Of a DNA stretch of 64,000 nucleotides, positions 42,546-53,043 are shown in pieces (the first letter of the stretch is position 1; every line of letters begins with the position of its first letter). The stretch comes from Tolypothrix carrinoi HA7290-LM1. GTDB taxonomy: Bacteria > Cyanobacteriota > Cyanobacteriia > Cyanobacteriales > Nostocaceae. The notes beneath the pieces are model-generated. The model had not been told where the DNA came from and searched no databases. It saw nothing but the letters and a program-made list of their open reading frames with translations. Both the position numbers and the translations under genes were made by a program. The stretch lies in NCBI GenBank assembly GCA_019358935.1, contig JAHHIK010000003.1:76461-140460 (forward strand), given 5' to 3'.

Positions 42546-43742
42546 ATGTTGTCTTCACAGGGCAAACCAAGTGATACCGAAGCAATTGGTAATCAACTGT
42601 TAACCGATACTCCAAGCGAGTCGCTGCGCGAACGCCAGCAAATATTTGAGCTAATAGAGCGTATCTTGTCCTTTGAAGCTTGCTTATATCATCAAATTTT
42701 GCCATATACCATAGAAGATAACAAATTGTTACTGGGCATGGTTAATCTAGAAGATACTGCGGCGCTAGATTACGTTGGTAACATTTTGTATTATATTAAC
42801 TGCACAATGGTGACAGTAGCGATCGCCCCCGACACCCACCGCAACATACTCTCAGCCTACCTCAACTACAAAAATACATCCCAGCCAGCAGCCAACCTTG
42901 CTCAAGAACATAGCGCAGCTACCATTGCCGATTCGCTTGCGTCAAAGCCAGAGACATCTATTGTAGCCCAGACAAAACCCGACGAAAATTCTTGCCAACA
43001 AGCAGATTCTCCTGCTCTGCCAGACGCTGATAACTTTTCTAAAGCGACCATCCTTTTTACCAGCGCAGACAAAAAGACACAGGAAAATACTTACTTAGAG
43101 CGATCGCCAGAGAGTTTACCTGTATTACTCATACCAGTTCCCGATCTATTACTGCCTGTTGAACAGCTAGCAACACTACAACCCAAGAAATTACTAGCAG
43201 AATTACTAGGTCGAGTTCTAGCCGGGGGAATTGGTCGTTTGTATTTGGAAAGACAACCTTACGAAGGCAGGATACTCTGGAGTGATAATGGAGTCTTGCA
43301 ATCCGTCTTAGAAAAACTTCCTCTCTCCGTTTTCCAGGGAGTACTTAATGAATTGAAGCGACTAACAAACCTGCCTGTAACTACATTTGCAGAAGCAAAA
43401 CAGGTAGAGAAAGAATGCTTGTATCAAGAAAACCGTTTGTTATTACGCTTGCGAGTGATGCCGGGAATGTACGGCGAAGAAGCGACACTACAAGTACTGC
43501 GGGGAGCTGCCTTAAAATTCCATCAACAACAACAGTTAGCACGTCTTAGCCGCGATGCTATAGGAATTTCCCAACAACTCAGTCACAAATTGCACGAACT
43601 GCAACAACGGCTAGTCTTGAATCGCAACATCAACCCCGGACAATTGAAAGCTTTTACAGCACTGAATAAACTGTTGGATGATTTAGACAATCAAATCAAA
43701 ATACTCACAGATGCCTCAGAGCCACCGATAAACAACAAATAA
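42546..43742 (+). CDS. PilB/GspE N-terminal-domain protein without an ATPase domain
   Basis: QILPY..LLLGMVN (T2SSE N-terminal-like) and LRLRVMPGMYGEEATLQVL; no Walker A. Confidence 0.65.
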   Translation: MLSSQGKPSDTEAIGNQLLTDTPSESLRERQQIFELIERILSFEACLYHQILPYTIEDNKLLLGMVNLEDTAALDYVGNILYYINCTMVTVAIAPDTHRNILSAYLNYKNTSQPAANLAQEHSAATIADSLASKPETSIVAQTKPDENSCQQADSPALPDADNFSKATILFTSADKKTQENTYLERSPESLPVLLIPVPDLLLPVEQLATLQPKKLLAELLGRVLAGGIGRLYLERQPYEGRILWSDNGVLQSVLEKLPLSVFQGVLNELKRLTNLPVTTFAEAKQVEKECLYQENRLLLRLRVMPGMYGEEATLQVLRGAALKFHQQQQLARLSRDAIGISQQLSHKLHELQQRLVLNRNINPGQLKAFTALNKLLDDLDNQIKILTDASEPPINNK

Positions 43743-43939
43743 AAATCTGTCAGTAAAACCGCTGATTCCGCTGTGATAGTTATTGTGTTGTAATGGAACC
43801 CTAGACCGATCGACCGAAGAGGTTGCGGTTGAATATCAAGAAAATTTTGATACCGTATTCTACTAAAGATTACGGTTTTTAAAACGTATAGTAACAAATC
43901 TAATTTTCTGCTCTTAAATCCATTTTTTGCAGATATTTC

Positions 43940-44623
43940 ATGCAGACTGAGATTTTTAGTGAAACTTTCCCCCTAATGAGTACAGCCAATCCACAAACTT
44001 TAGAATGGCTGCTCAACGTTGCAATTGACCACGAATACCCAGCGGGACGAGCCGTTTTAATGGAAGATGCTTGGGGAAACGCGGTTTACTTCGTGGTTTC
44101 TGGTTGGGTCAAAGTGCGACGCACGCGCAGCGAAGATTCTGTTGCTTTGGCAATTTTAGGACGGGGTGATTTTTTTGGCGAAATGGCAATTTTGGATGAG
44201 TCTCCCCGCTCAACCGATGTGGTTGCTCTTTCCCCTGTGAAATTACTGAGTATCTCCAGAGAGCGCTTTATTCAAATATTGTTTAAAGACCCGCAGTTGC
44301 ATCATAGAATGCTGCAATTGATGGTGCGACGATTGCGGCAAGTTAATTTACGTTTGCAAATGCGGTCTTCACCACCAGCAGTTAAACTCGCTCAAACTCT
44401 AGTTAGTTTGGGCGAAAGTTACGGTCAGGAATCAGAAAAAGGAAAGGAAATTTTTAATATTCCTTACAAAGATTTAGCAGAAGTTACAGAAATTGGTGTC
44501 GAAGAAACCACCAAAATCATGGAAAAGCTTGATGAAAAAGGTTGGATCAAAATTGACAACGCTAATCAGGTAGTTTATCTCGTTAACTTCAAACAATTGA
44601 TAAATTTGGCTGGCAAAGTTTAA
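43940..44623 (+). CDS. Crp/Fnr family transcriptional regulator
   Basis: cNMP domain FFGEMA...PRS and a C-terminal HTH. Confidence 0.9.
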   Translation: MQTEIFSETFPLMSTANPQTLEWLLNVAIDHEYPAGRAVLMEDAWGNAVYFVVSGWVKVRRTRSEDSVALAILGRGDFFGEMAILDESPRSTDVVALSPVKLLSISRERFIQILFKDPQLHHRMLQLMVRRLRQVNLRLQMRSSPPAVKLAQTLVSLGESYGQESEKGKEIFNIPYKDLAEVTEIGVEETTKIMEKLDEKGWIKIDNANQVVYLVNFKQLINLAGKV

Positions 44624-44913
44624 TTACTTAGGGAGCATCCCAATTCGGTTAAAAGCCTACAGGCGCTTAAGCCTGAGGCGTTGCGCGTACTAAGCCTAAC
44701 GGAGCGCAGGCTTGAAGTTTTTAGCGCTAGTAGGGTGTGTTAAGACCGATGTCCGTAACGCACCGTCTTAGAACTAGATTGCGGTGCGTTACTTGGCGAT
44801 CGCACCCTACGCTCAGAAAGTGAGTAGTTATGAGTTCTGAGTTATGAATTATGAGTTATAAGTTAAATTTAACCCTAAATTCCTCGCTCTTACCTCTTAA
44901 CTTTTAACTACAG

Positions 44914-46686
44914 ATGACTGAAGCAACAGCACCTCGCACCGACACCCGCATCAAAGAAGCCGTGCCGACAATTGATTATCAGGTGGCAATGCCTCAACCA
45001 GAAACACATTTGTTTGAGGTGACTTTGCATTTAGCAAATTACCCATTGCCGATTTTGGATTTAAAACTACCTGTGTGGACTCCAGGTTCTTACTTAGTGC
45101 GGGAATACGCCAAACAGTTACAGGATTTTGCCGCTTTTTCGGACGCGGAACCTTTACCTTGGCGGAAAATTAGTAAAAATCACTGGCAAGTAGAAACAAA
45201 CAAGGTTTCAAAATTAACCGTGAGTTACCGCATTTTTGCGAATGAGCTATCAGTGCGGACAAATCACTTAGATGCAACTCACGGCTATTTTAACGGTGCA
45301 GCCCTATTTTTTAGAATCCCCGGTTGGGAAAAGCAATTAATTCGCGTTTCTATCGTACCACCACGCCCAGAATGGCAGGTAACTACGGCATTACCCGCAG
45401 ATGAACAAGCCAATACTTTTCTAGCTGACGATTTTGATACGCTTGTAGACAACCCCTTTGAAATTGGTTGCCATCAGTTATATCACTTTGAGGTATTGGG
45501 AAAACCGCACGAACTGGCAATTTGGGGACAAGGTAATTTGCAACCACAACGGATGATTTCTGATATCACGAAAATTATCCAAGTCGAAGCGCAAATGTTT
45601 GGCGGTTTGCCTTATGAAAGATATCTGTTTATACTACATTTATTTTCTCAAGCTTACGGTGGTTTGGAGCATAAAAACTGTTGCTCGTTAATTTACCAGC
45701 GCTTTGGATTTCGCGTTCAAGATAAATACGATCGCTTTATGCAATTGGTAGCACACGAGTTTTTTCACTTGTGGAATGTCAAGCGCATTCGCCCGAAAGC
45801 ACTGGAAGTTTTTGATTACGACCAGGAAAATTATACACCGTCTTTATGGTTTTCTGAAGGAACGACGAGTTACTATGATTTGCTGATTCCTTTGCGGGCA
45901 GGCATTTACGATGCTCAAACATTTTTAAGCAACTTGAGTAAGGAAATTACTAAGTATGAAAAGACACCTGGACGCCAAGTGCAACCGCTCTCTGAGTCGA
46001 GTTTTGATGCTTGGATTAAACTTTATCGTCAGGATGCCAATAGCGGCAATTCTCAAATTTCCTACTATTTAAAAGGGGAAATGGTATCTCTGTTGCTAGA
46101 TTTGCTGATTCGTTCCCAGCATAACAATCAACGCTCTTTTGATGATGTCATGCTGAAAATGTGGCAGCAATTTGGCTTCGATGAAATCGGCTTTACTCCC
46201 GAACAGTTGCAGTCAGTAATTGAGTCTGTAGCAGAAATGGATTTATCTAACTTCTTTAAGCGCTACATTGATGATACTGAAGATTTGCCTTTCAACGAGT
46301 ATTTGCAACCTTTTGGCTTGGAGTTAATTGCAGAAAACGAAGAAGAACCTTATTTGGGTGTGAAAGCAAGTGCTGAAAACGGAAAAGAGATAATTAAGTT
46401 TGTCGAAGCAAATTCACCTGCACAAATAGCGGGAATCGATGCAGGTGATGAGTTGTTGGCAATTGATAAAATGAAGGTGACAGCAAGTGGGTTAAGCGAT
46501 CGCTTAAAAGATTATCAACCCAACGACACCATCCAAGTTACAGTTTTCCATCAAGATGAACTTCGCACCTACCCTGTAACCTTGACTTCACCACGTCCCA
46601 CACGGTATCAAGTGAAACCTGTTGCCAATCCTTCGCCAATGCAACAAGAAAACTTAACAGGGTGGTTAGGCGCGTCAATTTTATAA
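44914..46686 (+). CDS. M61 glycyl aminopeptidase with PDZ domain
   Basis: WTPGSYLVRE, GGLEH, HEFFHLWN and LWFSEG; PDZ SPAQIAGI. Confidence 0.92.
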   Translation: MTEATAPRTDTRIKEAVPTIDYQVAMPQPETHLFEVTLHLANYPLPILDLKLPVWTPGSYLVREYAKQLQDFAAFSDAEPLPWRKISKNHWQVETNKVSKLTVSYRIFANELSVRTNHLDATHGYFNGAALFFRIPGWEKQLIRVSIVPPRPEWQVTTALPADEQANTFLADDFDTLVDNPFEIGCHQLYHFEVLGKPHELAIWGQGNLQPQRMISDITKIIQVEAQMFGGLPYERYLFILHLFSQAYGGLEHKNCCSLIYQRFGFRVQDKYDRFMQLVAHEFFHLWNVKRIRPKALEVFDYDQENYTPSLWFSEGTTSYYDLLIPLRAGIYDAQTFLSNLSKEITKYEKTPGRQVQPLSESSFDAWIKLYRQDANSGNSQISYYLKGEMVSLLLDLLIRSQHNNQRSFDDVMLKMWQQFGFDEIGFTPEQLQSVIESVAEMDLSNFFKRYIDDTEDLPFNEYLQPFGLELIAENEEEPYLGVKASAENGKEIIKFVEANSPAQIAGIDAGDELLAIDKMKVTASGLSDRLKDYQPNDTIQVTVFHQDELRTYPVTLTSPRPTRYQVKPVANPSPMQQENLTGWLGASIL

Positions 46687-46806
46687 AGTATAAGGTATAA
46701 GGTATAAGGCAAAAGTAAAAAGAATTAAACAATTTCTTTTGCCTTCTTACAAAGCTTTGATCGGAGGAAACCTCCGCTCAAACTTTGCGCTTTTAACTTT
46801 TACCTT

Positions 46807-47538
46807 TTAACTTTTCAAAACTCCTGGTTCTCGTTGCATGGGTAAAACATCTAAAATATCGGTTTGGGAACAATATTTCAGGTCTTCATAACAATTAAGA
46901 CGTAACAATCGCTGACCGTGACTGCAAGCGTGAAAAAGTCCTAATAAGTTATCTTGCCATTGAGAATAAAGAGCGATCGCACTAACTACTTCATCATTAC
47001 CAGCTAATTCCTCTACAGGCAAGTTGGTTTCTTGTACAACACTGTGAGCGATCGCCCCCGCACAAGCTGTATCCTCTAAAGAAAAACTGCCTTCCCAACC
47101 TGAACCAACAATCCAAACTGTTTCTGGTTGCTTTTCTATGAGATATCGCACCACCGCAGCCCGATTGATAAAAGCTGCGGCTATGACAGTTGCAGCATCT
47201 TGGACTCGTTGTAAGGCGCGAGTGCCATTCGTGGTACTAATAAATAAGCGTCGCCCATGCACTAATTCTGGTGTACAGTCGAGAGGTGAGTTACCCAGTT
47301 CAAAACCAGGAACTTTCCCACCACCGCGTTCTCCAGCTCGCAACCGTTTTTCGGGGAGCCAAGAAGAGCTAACATGCATAAGTTTTTCTAAATCGCTGAA
47401 GACTTGGATAGCTTCGCCTCCAGCTGCCAATACAGTCGCCATTGTGCTGGTTGCTCGCAAAACATCAACTGCGATCGCGCAGTCTGGCACTTTATCCGCT
47501 GGAGTCAATTCCGGAGTGTGGTAAACGAATAGCTTCAC
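46807..47538 (-). CDS. comB: 2-phosphosulfolactate phosphatase family protein
   Basis: [22 protein letters not shown] and SLED. Confidence 0.9.
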   Translation of the reverse strand: MKLFVYHTPELTPADKVPDCAIAVDVLRATSTMATVLAAGGEAIQVFSDLEKLMHVSSSWLPEKRLRAGERGGGKVPGFELGNSPLDCTPELVHGRRLFISTTNGTRALQRVQDAATVIAAAFINRAAVVRYLIEKQPETVWIVGSGWEGSFSLEDTACAGAIAHSVVQETNLPVEELAGNDEVVSAIALYSQWQDNLLGLFHACSHGQRLLRLNCYEDLKYCSQTDILDVLPMQREPGVLKS

Positions 47539-47845
47539 GTACTGGATACACCTAGTCCTATACTACTGCCGCAAATAATATTTTACCCAGATGCTGTCAC
47601 TAAACAATAGCTTCGTGCTAGTGGGTTCTTGATGTCTCAACCCAGAGTAAACTCTATGCATGAATCAAAGAAGATTGAAATCTTGCCCGTCTTCAATGGG
47701 CAATTTCTCCTATTTGAACGCAGAAAAAGCAAATCAACGTGTAATCTGAAAAGAAGGACAGACTTTATAAATGTACCACTAACAATCCCAGGAATAGCTC
47801 TGCACTTCACGCTCCCACTCCCCCCATCCCCAATCGAAAATCAAC

Positions 47846-48265
47846 ATGGCACCTTTACCTGAATACCGCCCCAAACAACTGTCTTTAGGTCCTCTAGAAG
47901 CAGAAATTTTGCATATCATCTGGGAACTGAGTTCAGTTACAGTTAAAGATGTACACGATCGCATTCTTACTGACCCCAACCGCGAATTAGCTTATACTTC
48001 CGTGACAACCGTATTGCGTCGCCTTACCGATAAAGGTTGGCTAACCTGCGACAAAAGAGGACGAGCATTTTATTGGCGTCCGTTGATTACCAAACAGCAA
48101 GCTGAGGTAATTAAAGCACACGAGCAGTTACAGCGATTTCTCGCGGTGGGTAATCCCGATGTAATTGCTGCTTTTGCAGATAGTTTAGATGAAGCTGCGA
48201 GCGAACAAATACAAGCGATCGCCAAACGCATTCAAGCTGCACGCCAAGCCAGGGAGGAACAATAA
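47846..48265 (+). CDS. BlaI/MecI/CopY family repressor
   Basis: LGPLEAEIL..IW and LAYTSVTTVLRRL..KG. Confidence 0.9.
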   Translation: MAPLPEYRPKQLSLGPLEAEILHIIWELSSVTVKDVHDRILTDPNRELAYTSVTTVLRRLTDKGWLTCDKRGRAFYWRPLITKQQAEVIKAHEQLQRFLAVGNPDVIAAFADSLDEAASEQIQAIAKRIQAARQAREEQ

Positions 48266-49095
48266 TGCATTTGATCATGATTTTGACTGCTTTAACAGTC
48301 GCTTGGTGCTTAAGATCCTCTCAAACTAACTTTCAAGGTAGTTGGAGTGTCCGCTGGCGGCGATCGCTATTTTTATTTCTCTTTCCGCCCTTGTTAATTT
48401 TTATGACAGCGATCGCCGTTTTGTGCATGGGACCCCAAGGCAATATGGGCGGCATGTACACCGGCTGGTTTAGCTATGTCTTAACGTTAATTTCTCTTGC
48501 GATATTTGACATTTTGTGCATTAAACTTGCCTTCGGTGGTTGGCAATCTGTGAAATCTGTCCGCAACTGTCCTTTAGTTAATCTTGAGGGTAAACAAGTT
48601 AGGTTACTCAACACCGAAGCGCTGTTTGCCGGTCAAATCGGTTTTTGGCGATCGGAATTAGTAATTAGCCAAGGACTACTGGAAACTCTTTCACCAAAGC
48701 ATTTAGAAAGTGTCTTCGCACACGAGCAAGGGCATTACCATTACAAAGATACATTCTGGTTTTTTTGGCTGGGTTGGGTGCGTTGCTGCACCGCTTGGTT
48801 GCCAAATACAGATGCTTTGTGGCAAGAACTGTTAATTTTGCGCGAATTACGTGCGGATGCTTACGCTGCATCGCGAGTAGACCCGTTATTGTTAGCAGAA
48901 TCGCTGTTGTTGGTAGTGAGTACAACTCCTATATCCTCAGAAATTTTCTGTGCAGCATTAGGATGCGATCGCTTAGAACAAAGAATAGAAGCTTTGTTAG
49001 CACAACCAGAACCGACTCCAAAACTTAACTTCCAATTTTGGAATGGCTTTTTGTTGGCATTTTTGCCTTTAGTGACTGTGATATTTCACAACTAA
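48265..49095 (+). CDS. M56 (BlaR1-like) membrane metallopeptidase
   Basis: HEQGH and ELRAD motifs; TM segments; TAATG coupling to the repressor gene. Confidence 0.88.
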   Translation: MHLIMILTALTVAWCLRSSQTNFQGSWSVRWRRSLFLFLFPPLLIFMTAIAVLCMGPQGNMGGMYTGWFSYVLTLISLAIFDILCIKLAFGGWQSVKSVRNCPLVNLEGKQVRLLNTEALFAGQIGFWRSELVISQGLLETLSPKHLESVFAHEQGHYHYKDTFWFFWLGWVRCCTAWLPNTDALWQELLILRELRADAYAASRVDPLLLAESLLLVVSTTPISSEIFCAALGCDRLEQRIEALLAQPEPTPKLNFQFWNGFLLAFLPLVTVIFHN

Positions 49096-49198
49096 ATTGC
49101 TAACTAACGTAGCGATCGCGCACCTGACAATAATAAAAGCTTGATGTGCGATCGCTTTCACTTTTTTTAGCATTAAGCAAAAGAATAAGCGATCGCCT

Positions 49199-49420
49199 GG
49201 TAAGTCAACGATTACAAACGCGATTATCGGACAGGAGATTTTGCCAAGTCGTAACGCTGCGATGACGACGCTTCCCACTGAAATTATTTTTGATGCTGGT
49301 TTGATTTCGCCAGTTTTATATCTGAGTTCAGAAATTTTGGCAGTTTTTCATCACACACTGTCATCTTTGCGCGATCAAATTGATGATATGGGGATTGAAC
49401 AAGCAAAGCAAAAGCTGTGA
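49199..49420 (+). pseudogene. Fragment of a dynamin-like GTPase (CrfC/YjdA-like)
   Basis: Manual translation GKSTITNAIIGQEILPSRNAAMTTLPTEIIFD covers the G1 tail and G2 of bacterial dynamins. No start codon; begins 2 nt after a HIP1 site. Missed by the ORF track. Confidence 0.75.
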
Positions 49421-49464
49421 GGTGAGGGAAAGCCACTTTGTCATGGATTTACTAAACTCCATTA

Positions 49465-50160
49465 TGGGAATTTAATCGGTTCCTGAAAACAGGAAGTGCT
49501 TTGAGCATTAACTTTTTTGGCATACCAGGTACAGGTAAAAGTATAACGGCTGAAGCTATTGCTCATGAACTTGGTGTGTCAATTATTAAAGCCAACTATG
49601 GCGAACTTGAATCTTCTTTAGTAGGAGGAACATCTGATAACTTAGCTTCAGTTTTCAAAAAAGCAGAAGAGACAAACAGCTTACTATTCTTTGACGAGGC
49701 TGATGCTGTCCTTGGTAAAAGAATCTCCAACCCATCACTAGCAGCCGATCATGGTGTGAACTCAGCAAAGAGTACTTTACTTACTCACTTAGATAAGTTC
49801 AACGGGATTATTGTGTTTGCCACAAATCTTTTTGATAACTATGATGAGGCTTTTTTGAGAAGAATTCTTTTCCATGTAGAGTTCTTAGCCCCAGATTTAG
49901 AAATGACAGAACAACTATGGAGATTTCACTTATCTGAAAACGCACCCAAAGAAGTAAGTTATGAGGATTTGGCAAATATTAGTGATGGTCTTTGTGGTGG
50001 CGACATCAGAAATATCACTATTAAGTTAGGTTTGACGTTGCTAACCGAAAAGGTACAGAGCATTAATGAGTCTTTGGTCAAAGAAGAAATTGAGCGGTAC
50101 AAAGAAGTAAAACAAAGACACAAGAAAACACCGATTTTAGTTGAAAATATTGCCAATTGA
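49465..50160 (+). pseudogene. AAA+ ATPase, probably N-terminally truncated
   Basis: Walker A GIPGTGKS, Walker B LLFFDEAD and DEAFLRRI. The frame extends to WEFNRFLKTG at about 49465, with a stop just upstream. Confidence 0.75.
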
Positions 50161-50191
50161 TCTGATAAAAACATTACGAAGGAGAAAGTTT

Positions 50192-50533
50192 ATGGAATTT
50201 TGGGTAATAGCTAGTTTTTTAGTTGGAGTTGCTGTTGGTCATTATTTTTGGAAGCAAATAAAGGCATGGGCAACTCAAGTACTAGCCCCTATCCTTGATA
50301 GTATCGACAAAGTAGTTGAAGTTACGTCAGATGCTTTTGTTTATCTGATAAAATAAACAACTGGTCATGTTGTTAAAAGAATGGAGATTGGGGTTCAAAA
50401 TGTTTTGACAGATGAGAAAAGAATTGAATACAAAGAAGAAAAGGTTCCTCCTACAGAAATACCTGGTGAAATTAACTCTCAACTTCAGGAAAGAGCAAGA
50501 TTGAAACTTTTGGAAATGGCACAGCAAACTTAA
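50192..50533 (+). pseudogene. Small membrane-anchored protein with an internal TAA
   Basis: AAGGAG RBS; MEFWVIASFLVGVAVG...YLIK*TTGHVVKRMEIG...IPGEINSQLQERARLKLLEMAQQT. The frame continues past the stop at 50354-50356. Confidence 0.7.
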
Positions 50534-50546
50534 GAGATAATTTGTC

Positions 50547-51047
50547 ATGGATGAACAAAAGAGCCTTCAAGATACTAAACAAGAGAGCCTTCAAGATACT
50601 AAACAAGAGAGCCTTCAAGATACTAAACAAGAGAGCCTTCAAGATACTAAACAAGAGAGCCTTCAAGATAAGTTTGATAAGATATACAACAAAATCACAA
50701 ACTTACCTAAGCAACTTGCAGACGCAGTTGAGGAAGGGTTGAAAGAAGGATTGAGACAACCTTCTAACTTAATTTGTGTTCAAGAAGGAGTGTTGGATTT
50801 TGAGCGAATTAACGAAGATGTGACACGGATACAAGAAGATTTGAAAGCTAGAGGCGAAGTTCTTGGCAGCCATCTCATCTTGGATGATAAACAAGACTTC
50901 ATGGAAATTCGGACTTACATTCAGAGAAATGATGAAATTTTTGTGATCAAAGTTCCTGCTGAAGTGAAACAAGTAACTAATATTCCCTCTGATGTATTGA
51001 ATGAACTACAACAGGAAGGGCGTATTGAACTAAGTCTAAAACTTTAG
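50547..51047 (+). CDS. Hypothetical protein with N-terminal (QESLQDTK) tandem repeats
   Basis: 166-aa ORF that continues the operon and is followed by a terminator-like hairpin at about 51065-51097. Confidence 0.7.
   Translation: MDEQKSLQDTKQESLQDTKQESLQDTKQESLQDTKQESLQDKFDKIYNKITNLPKQLADAVEEGLKEGLRQPSNLICVQEGVLDFERINEDVTRIQEDLKARGEVLGSHLILDDKQDFMEIRTYIQRNDEIFVIKVPAEVKQVTNIPSDVLNELQQEGRIELSLKL
50553..50670 (+). repeat. 24-bp tandem repeat, about 5 copies
   Basis: Unit AAGAGAGCCTTCAAGATACTAAAC, with no spacers. Confidence 0.92.
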
Positions 51048-51218
51048 CAAGCAGTAGAAAATCAAAACCACTGGTGTAAAACTGGTGGTTTCTTTTTGAA
51101 TTTAACTTGACAATTACTATTTGCAATTAAAATCTCGAAAACGGGGTCTGCGTTAAAATTGGGACATTTTATCCCTTAAGCTTTTTTAGTTCTCATAAAT
51201 CCCTAAATTACTGCTGTT

Positions 51219-52073
51219 TTGTCATCCTATCATTCTTTCCCTCATGCAGTGCAGCGCCTCAATCAACTTTGGGATCAACTAGCTGAAGCAGAAATTTTAC
51301 GCCCTAACGCAGGTGCAGTTCTCCGCACACTCAGTTATACTGCTCAGACTTTTGTGCCAACACTGCGGGAATGGATGCTCGATTTTTTGCTGAAAGAACG
51401 GTTATTAAAAGACTCGACTGCCATCTTTGACCCTGCTCCCATTGAACAGCTGTTGCGCCAAGCAGTCAACCCAGCCGAACTGCGACGCGGAATTGAGCTA
51501 TGGGTTACAGTCTTTCCTTCGTTGAAAATTCCTGGTTTAGGCTACGATTGGCTGATTGATTTTGTTCGCGCTCGAACTGGGACAGATGCTCACTGGCTTT
51601 GCGTACAAGATTTTGCCGATGATGAAATTCTCTACAATTTACTTTTAGCGAGTGCAGCCCTTCCCTTGGCATTTCCCAGCCGAGAAGTAAATGGGCAATT
51701 TTATGTAGATGGGGGTTTGGCTGACAATGTACCTCTAAGGGCTTTGGCTGTGCGTGGCTGTGAAAATGTAATTGTGATTCACTTGAAAAACGGATCTGCG
51801 TGGAACCGCTACGATTTTTCAGAGCAAACCATCATCGAAATCAGACCTGAACAGCTAATTAACAAGTCTGATACACCACTCATCGGTTTAATTGATAGTT
51901 GGCTTGATTTTAGTCCTGAACGCATCACCGAACTCAAAAGGCATGGATATGAAGATGCAAAGCGTTGTTTAACTTCAATTATCCATACATTTGAGACTGT
52001 TAAACAGCAGCGTCGGTCTCATGATTTAGTGGTTAATTCAACCCAATGTCTTTTAAATGACCCTCTTTTGTGA
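51219..52073 (+). pseudogene. Patatin-like phospholipase, N-terminally truncated
   Basis: LLASAALPLAF and YVDGGLADNVP are present; the Gly-rich loop and GxSxG nucleophile are absent; poor TTG start. Confidence 0.75.
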
Positions 52074-52283
52074 CTGACTTTTCACCGCATATGGAAAACA
52101 AGGCAGGGTGTTAGGGTTTTGATTCCTACACTCCACACCTCCACAGCCCTACCCCCTTTCTTTTAATAAAGTTTTCAGACATTAGGCTTGATGAAAAGCT
52201 CCCGCGCGATCGCCCTTTCGGTTAACCGTTTTTTCAAGCAGCGATTATAGAATATGAATATAATTACCCTACGTTGTCAAACT

Positions 52284-52562
52284 ATGAACACGCAACTCGT
52301 AGACGGTTTAGCACAAATTATCCAGTCTCTCTCCGAAGAGGAAAAAGCACTTTTAGACAAAAAATTGAAAAAACCAGACTGGCGCGAAACACTAGCACGA
52401 ATTGATAAGTTACGTAATGATATTAATGCTCGTAGTGCAGAAAAACCATTAGACCCATCAGTAGATCAAATTATCCACCAAATGCGGGAAGAACGCGATC
52501 AGCAAATTTTGAGTGCGTGCTTTCCAGATTTAGTCCCAGATGAGTCTACAGGCAAAGGGTAA
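52284..52562 (+). CDS. Putative antitoxin upstream of a PIN toxin
   Basis: Small protein ending ..QIIHQMREER.., directly upstream of vapC. Confidence 0.65.
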   Translation: MNTQLVDGLAQIIQSLSEEEKALLDKKLKKPDWRETLARIDKLRNDINARSAEKPLDPSVDQIIHQMREERDQQILSACFPDLVPDESTGKG

Positions 52563-52608
52563 GCGAAGATGTATGCTTAACTCAGGAGAAAAATAATTTA
52601 TGAACTAA

Positions 52609-53043
52609 ATGACATCAAAGGTTATTTGTATTGATGCTAACTTTATTGTCAGGTTGCTAACTGACAATGCCCCATCTACTTTTAGAAGATTGTGGATTCA
52701 ATGGCAAGAATCGGAACATACAATAGTTGCACCAGCATTGATTTATTACGAAGTTACTAATGCATTGCATCGGATGTCATTTGGAGGGCAATTATTGCCA
52801 GAACAAGCAGATCAATCACTAAATGTAGCTTTGAATCTGAATATTACACTATACGGTGATGCAGAATTACACCAACAAGCCTTTACTCTAGCGATAAGTC
52901 TGAGATTGTCAGCAACCTATGATGCTCACTATTTAGCGTTAGCTCAAAGATTAAAATGCGAATTTTGGACGGCAGATAGGCGGTTGTATAATTCAGTACG
53001 AGCTGCATTTCCTTGGGTCAATTTAGTATTTAACAACAGTTAA
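52609..53043 (+). CDS. vapC: VapC-family PIN-domain toxin
   Basis: ICIDAN, YEVTNAL, YDAHYLALA and WTAD. Confidence 0.88.
   Translation: MTSKVICIDANFIVRLLTDNAPSTFRRLWIQWQESEHTIVAPALIYYEVTNALHRMSFGGQLLPEQADQSLNVALNLNITLYGDAELHQQAFTLAISLRLSATYDAHYLALAQRLKCEFWTADRRLYNSVRAAFPWVNLVFNNS

Noticed and set aside
50553..50670. 24-bp repeats as a CRISPR array
   Set aside because: Units are contiguous with no spacers, in frame within a CDS, and no cas genes are present.
50472..50742. ILKALLFS and ILNKRAFK repeat ORFs
   Set aside because: Alternative frames of the 24-bp repeat.
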